Below, one piece after another: positions 61,401 to 64,000 of a DNA stretch of 64,000 nt (position 1 is the stretch's first letter; the number at the start of each line of letters is the position of its first letter). The notes under the pieces were generated by a model. It made no database searches and had not been told where the DNA came from. It saw only the letters and a list, made by a program, of their open reading frames with translations. The stretch covers positions 7,418,390-7,482,389 of the forward strand of contig CM082580.2 of the NCBI GenBank assembly GCA_040954595.2. The letters are read 5' to 3'. This DNA comes from Balanoglossus misakiensis (Eukaryota; Animalia; Hemichordata). The position numbers were made by a program, and so were the translations under genes.

Positions 61401-61999
61401 GTATGTACCAGTTAGGTGACTGCGAAAGTTCCATCTGTTAATGTAACAATTGGGTTCGTTGAGTAATATTCTTGTCTTTTTTGTTAGAGATTTTTTATAT
61501 ATAAACAATTACAAATCCAATGATGGCAATAGGATCTTGTTAAATATGAGCTCTACGTTGATTTTTTATTGACAAATCCTATGTTGTTCATTTTCAGAAA
61601 CTCAAACAGCTTCAGTCCTCCCTGACATCGGTTGACTGGCCTGAAGAGGACAAGGAGAAAATTAAACGCGTACTAACAGCTGAGTATATCTCCTCGGAAG
61701 AGAGCGATTTTGATGATGAGGGGAAGATCAAGCAATACATAAGACGTCCTCTGACCTGGGAAAGGAAAAAGTTGCGTAAAAGCAAAAAACAGTTAATGGA
61801 CATTTATTTAAAATCTCTATCGGCAAAGCAGCGCCAGCTTCGCCTTCCCAGGTCAGATGGACCCCCCTCTTCCAGGGAGCGGCCTGACTACCCAGAGGAT
61901 TGGGCAGTCAGGGTTGCGTCTGGGTTAAGTCCAGATGATTCTGCGTCTTCTTCTGGAACCACAGGTTCTCTGGAGGAGGGATGTACTAGTCCCCACTGA
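58437..61999 (+). CDS. Transposon accessory protein, C14orf93-like
   Basis: Exons 58437-58589, 59903-59973, 60896-60981, 61258-61367, 61598-61999, all GT-AG with compatible phases and no internal stop. Motifs: AIRTFF, RRQGRKREKL, EYISSEESD, RPLTWER, RSDGPPSSRERP..DWAV. Confidence 0.78.
59706..59783. mobile_element. 78-bp MITE with 9-bp TSD (TAG...CTA termini, AcademH-like)
   Basis: ATCTATGCC|TAGCCTGGTCACCATACCCAG...CTGGGTATGGTGACCAGGCTA|ATCTATGCC; the superfamily assignment is inference. Confidence 0.85.
60030..60316. mobile_element. Foldback MITE with ~135-bp inverted arms
   Basis: TAGGGATAAACTGTGTTTACGCCATCTTGAAAA...TTTTCAAGATGGCGTAAACACAGTTTATCCCTA; arms pair almost to a short (TAC)n loop. 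Confidence 0.9.
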
Positions 62000-62579
62000 T
62001 TGATATTGTACTTCATTTTATAATGTGTTTATTTATTTTGTTTTTCTATTTTTAACTAAATATTTCTACTTGACTTTTCATTTTTAATGACATTTGAAAT
62101 TACTTTAGAATTGTTTTTACTTGTGTTTGTGATTTTTATTTAAGTTCGTATTTTAGTTCGTAAAGGTTATTCTTTCAGTTTTTTTACTTTCTAGTTTAAT
62201 AAAGTTTTCATTATATTGTAAATAGTAGTACTTATAGTAATAAAAAAATCATAGAATTCATGACAATGTCCCACTGCATGTATATATAGCTTGTGTATGT
62301 GTGATCTATTTGACGGTGGTGGAGTGTACTGGTACGTGTGCAGGAATGAAAAGATTGGCTGAAGACAAAGCTGGCCACAGAAAAGAACTATCACTAACAT
62401 ATATTCTACCCTTTAGTTATACATGTAACAATAAGTGTACTGGACAAAGGAGGTATAAGTCTTTCATTGTTAATGACACTTATTCCCCCAACATTCGTAA
62501 ACTCACTGTGGATAAAGTGAATATTCCAAAAGGAGAAATGAGAATCAGAAGCCAAAGCAAATATTCTGATCATTCTGAC

Positions 62580-62845
62580 ATAAAGCTGTATAAACGTGAC
62601 GCTAGGTGTATAGAAATTCATCCTTTTATTCACCTTTATTAGAATGCATAAATGTGATGCAAGGTGTACATGAATTATTCACCCTTATGAGAGTGCATAA
62701 AGGTGATTATTTGTGGTAAGCCATTATACCAATTTATAGAGTTGCATAAAGATGTATAAATGAATATCTTTATGCTGCATAAAGATGATTGCAAGAACAG
62801 CTTTAATCATATTTATACCAACTTTAAGCATTGCATAAACCTGGG
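62580..62845. repeat. GCATAAA(G/T)(G/A)TG short-repeat array, CMC subterminal-like
   Basis: Multiple direct and inverted GCATAAA/TTTATGC motifs; ends CTGGG. Confidence 0.65.
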
Positions 62846-63870
62846 CTTTCATCCTGTGTATGCCGAACGTGTCACTGTCAACTCCCGTATTTTTGCCTTA
62901 TGTCCGCTTTTGTTTTCACCATAACTTGCTGCTTCCTTTCAATTCTTGATGAATAGTGAACACAACTGAGTCATTTCACATCTTTCAGGGCGTCAATCAT
63001 GGCTTTAATCACCCTAGAAGCAATATTTGCTGGTTTTGTATCTCTGTATACTTTTCTAGTTTTTATTTTGTCTGTTGTTGGAACCATAGACGCATGTTGG
63101 AACCGTAATTGGCCAGTTTTGCGCTGTTGGTCACACGTTATTCATGAAAGGATGAGCTTGAAAACAATGTCATTCATGAGGTCACTTCCACTATTAGACG
63201 CATGTATGCATTATAAGGTCAATAAGCATATAAACATTGTATCATATTGTTCTAACAAATGTTACAGCGCTTAGCGCCATAAATAGGGTTCCAACCACTG
63301 CGTGGTCGGATTTTTTTCATCTAGGAGGCTGAGTGGCATTGCGCGAGTGTCCCGAGATATATGGAGCGCCGCACACGCGACTGTACCTTGTTGCCTACCG
63401 TACTTTGAAATCATATGCCAATGTGTTGTTTATTCGCATAAAAATCATGTCAATGTAATGAAGAGATATTTATTTGTGATTTTTATAACAACGGCGTTTT
63501 ACAAACGCTACAGAGAAGGTTCAAATGATCATTATCGCAACCTGTACTGCGCCTCCACCTGCCACAATCACACACTGATATGCTAATAACCGATCGTCTG
63601 ACATATATGACATATACCATAGTCATGACATGATGTTCAAAGCCAGTGGGACCTAGTCGGCCCAATGACATTCGTTCTGGCATGCACTTCAAATGTCGAT
63701 GACATATAGCAAAGCAAAACGGTTAAATTAGGCTATTGTTTCAATTGTATGACTGTCAAAGATCGAATGAGGTGGTGGTATTTTAATAAGAAAAAGTAGC
63801 TAGGCCACCAGTACCGCAAAGTAGCCGACCAGGTTGCCGATGGCTGGCGCTTCCTGAAAACTGTGGCCGT

Positions 63871-64000
63871 CTTTATAACGTGCATAAATGTGTATATATT
63901 CGTTGAGTCATTTAACCATCTTTATACTTTGCATAAAGGTGCATATAATCGGTAAGCCATTATACTCATTTACGCAACCAATTAAAGGAGATAGCAAGAT
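63871..64000. repeat. Second, diverged copy of the GCATAAA array (runs off the window)
   Basis: Shares GCATAAAGGTG..GGTAAGCCATTATAC with 62694-62729. Confidence 0.7.

Larger units (their letters stand above)
52012..62845. mobile_element. EnSpm/CACTA (CMC) transposon with two divergent genes; boundaries uncertain
   Basis: Transposase (-) and second gene (+) head-to-head; candidate left terminus CACAGCTACTGGTGG at 52012; subterminal-like repeats ending CTGGG at 62845; no matching TIR pair or TSD established. Confidence 0.65.

Overview
Eukaryotic (invertebrate animal-like) genomic DNA with intron-rich genes; I found no prokaryotic features, RNA genes or CRISPR arrays. Left to right: (1) the 5' part of a PHF20/PHF20L1/MBD-R2-like gene on the minus strand, with its first Tudor domain tandemly repeated at least 4 times; (2) a divergently transcribed pyridoxine-5'-phosphate oxidase (PNPO) gene carrying two homologous 100-nt copies of the FMN-binding exon that look like an old, selected, mutually exclusive pair; (3) a complete CENP-E (kinesin-7) gene ending in CKTQ, whose stalk is built from about 28 phase-0 exon modules of two types; (4) a GABA-B receptor subunit 2-like gene whose first exon I could not find; (5) a long non-coding region with MITEs, a SINE and a hAT fossil; (6) an apparently intact two-gene EnSpm/CACTA transposon (spliced transposase plus a divergent 5-exon C14orf93-like gene) with nested MITEs. 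Gene models were assembled by eye from splice signals and reading frame, and family assignments rest on recalled motifs, not database searches.
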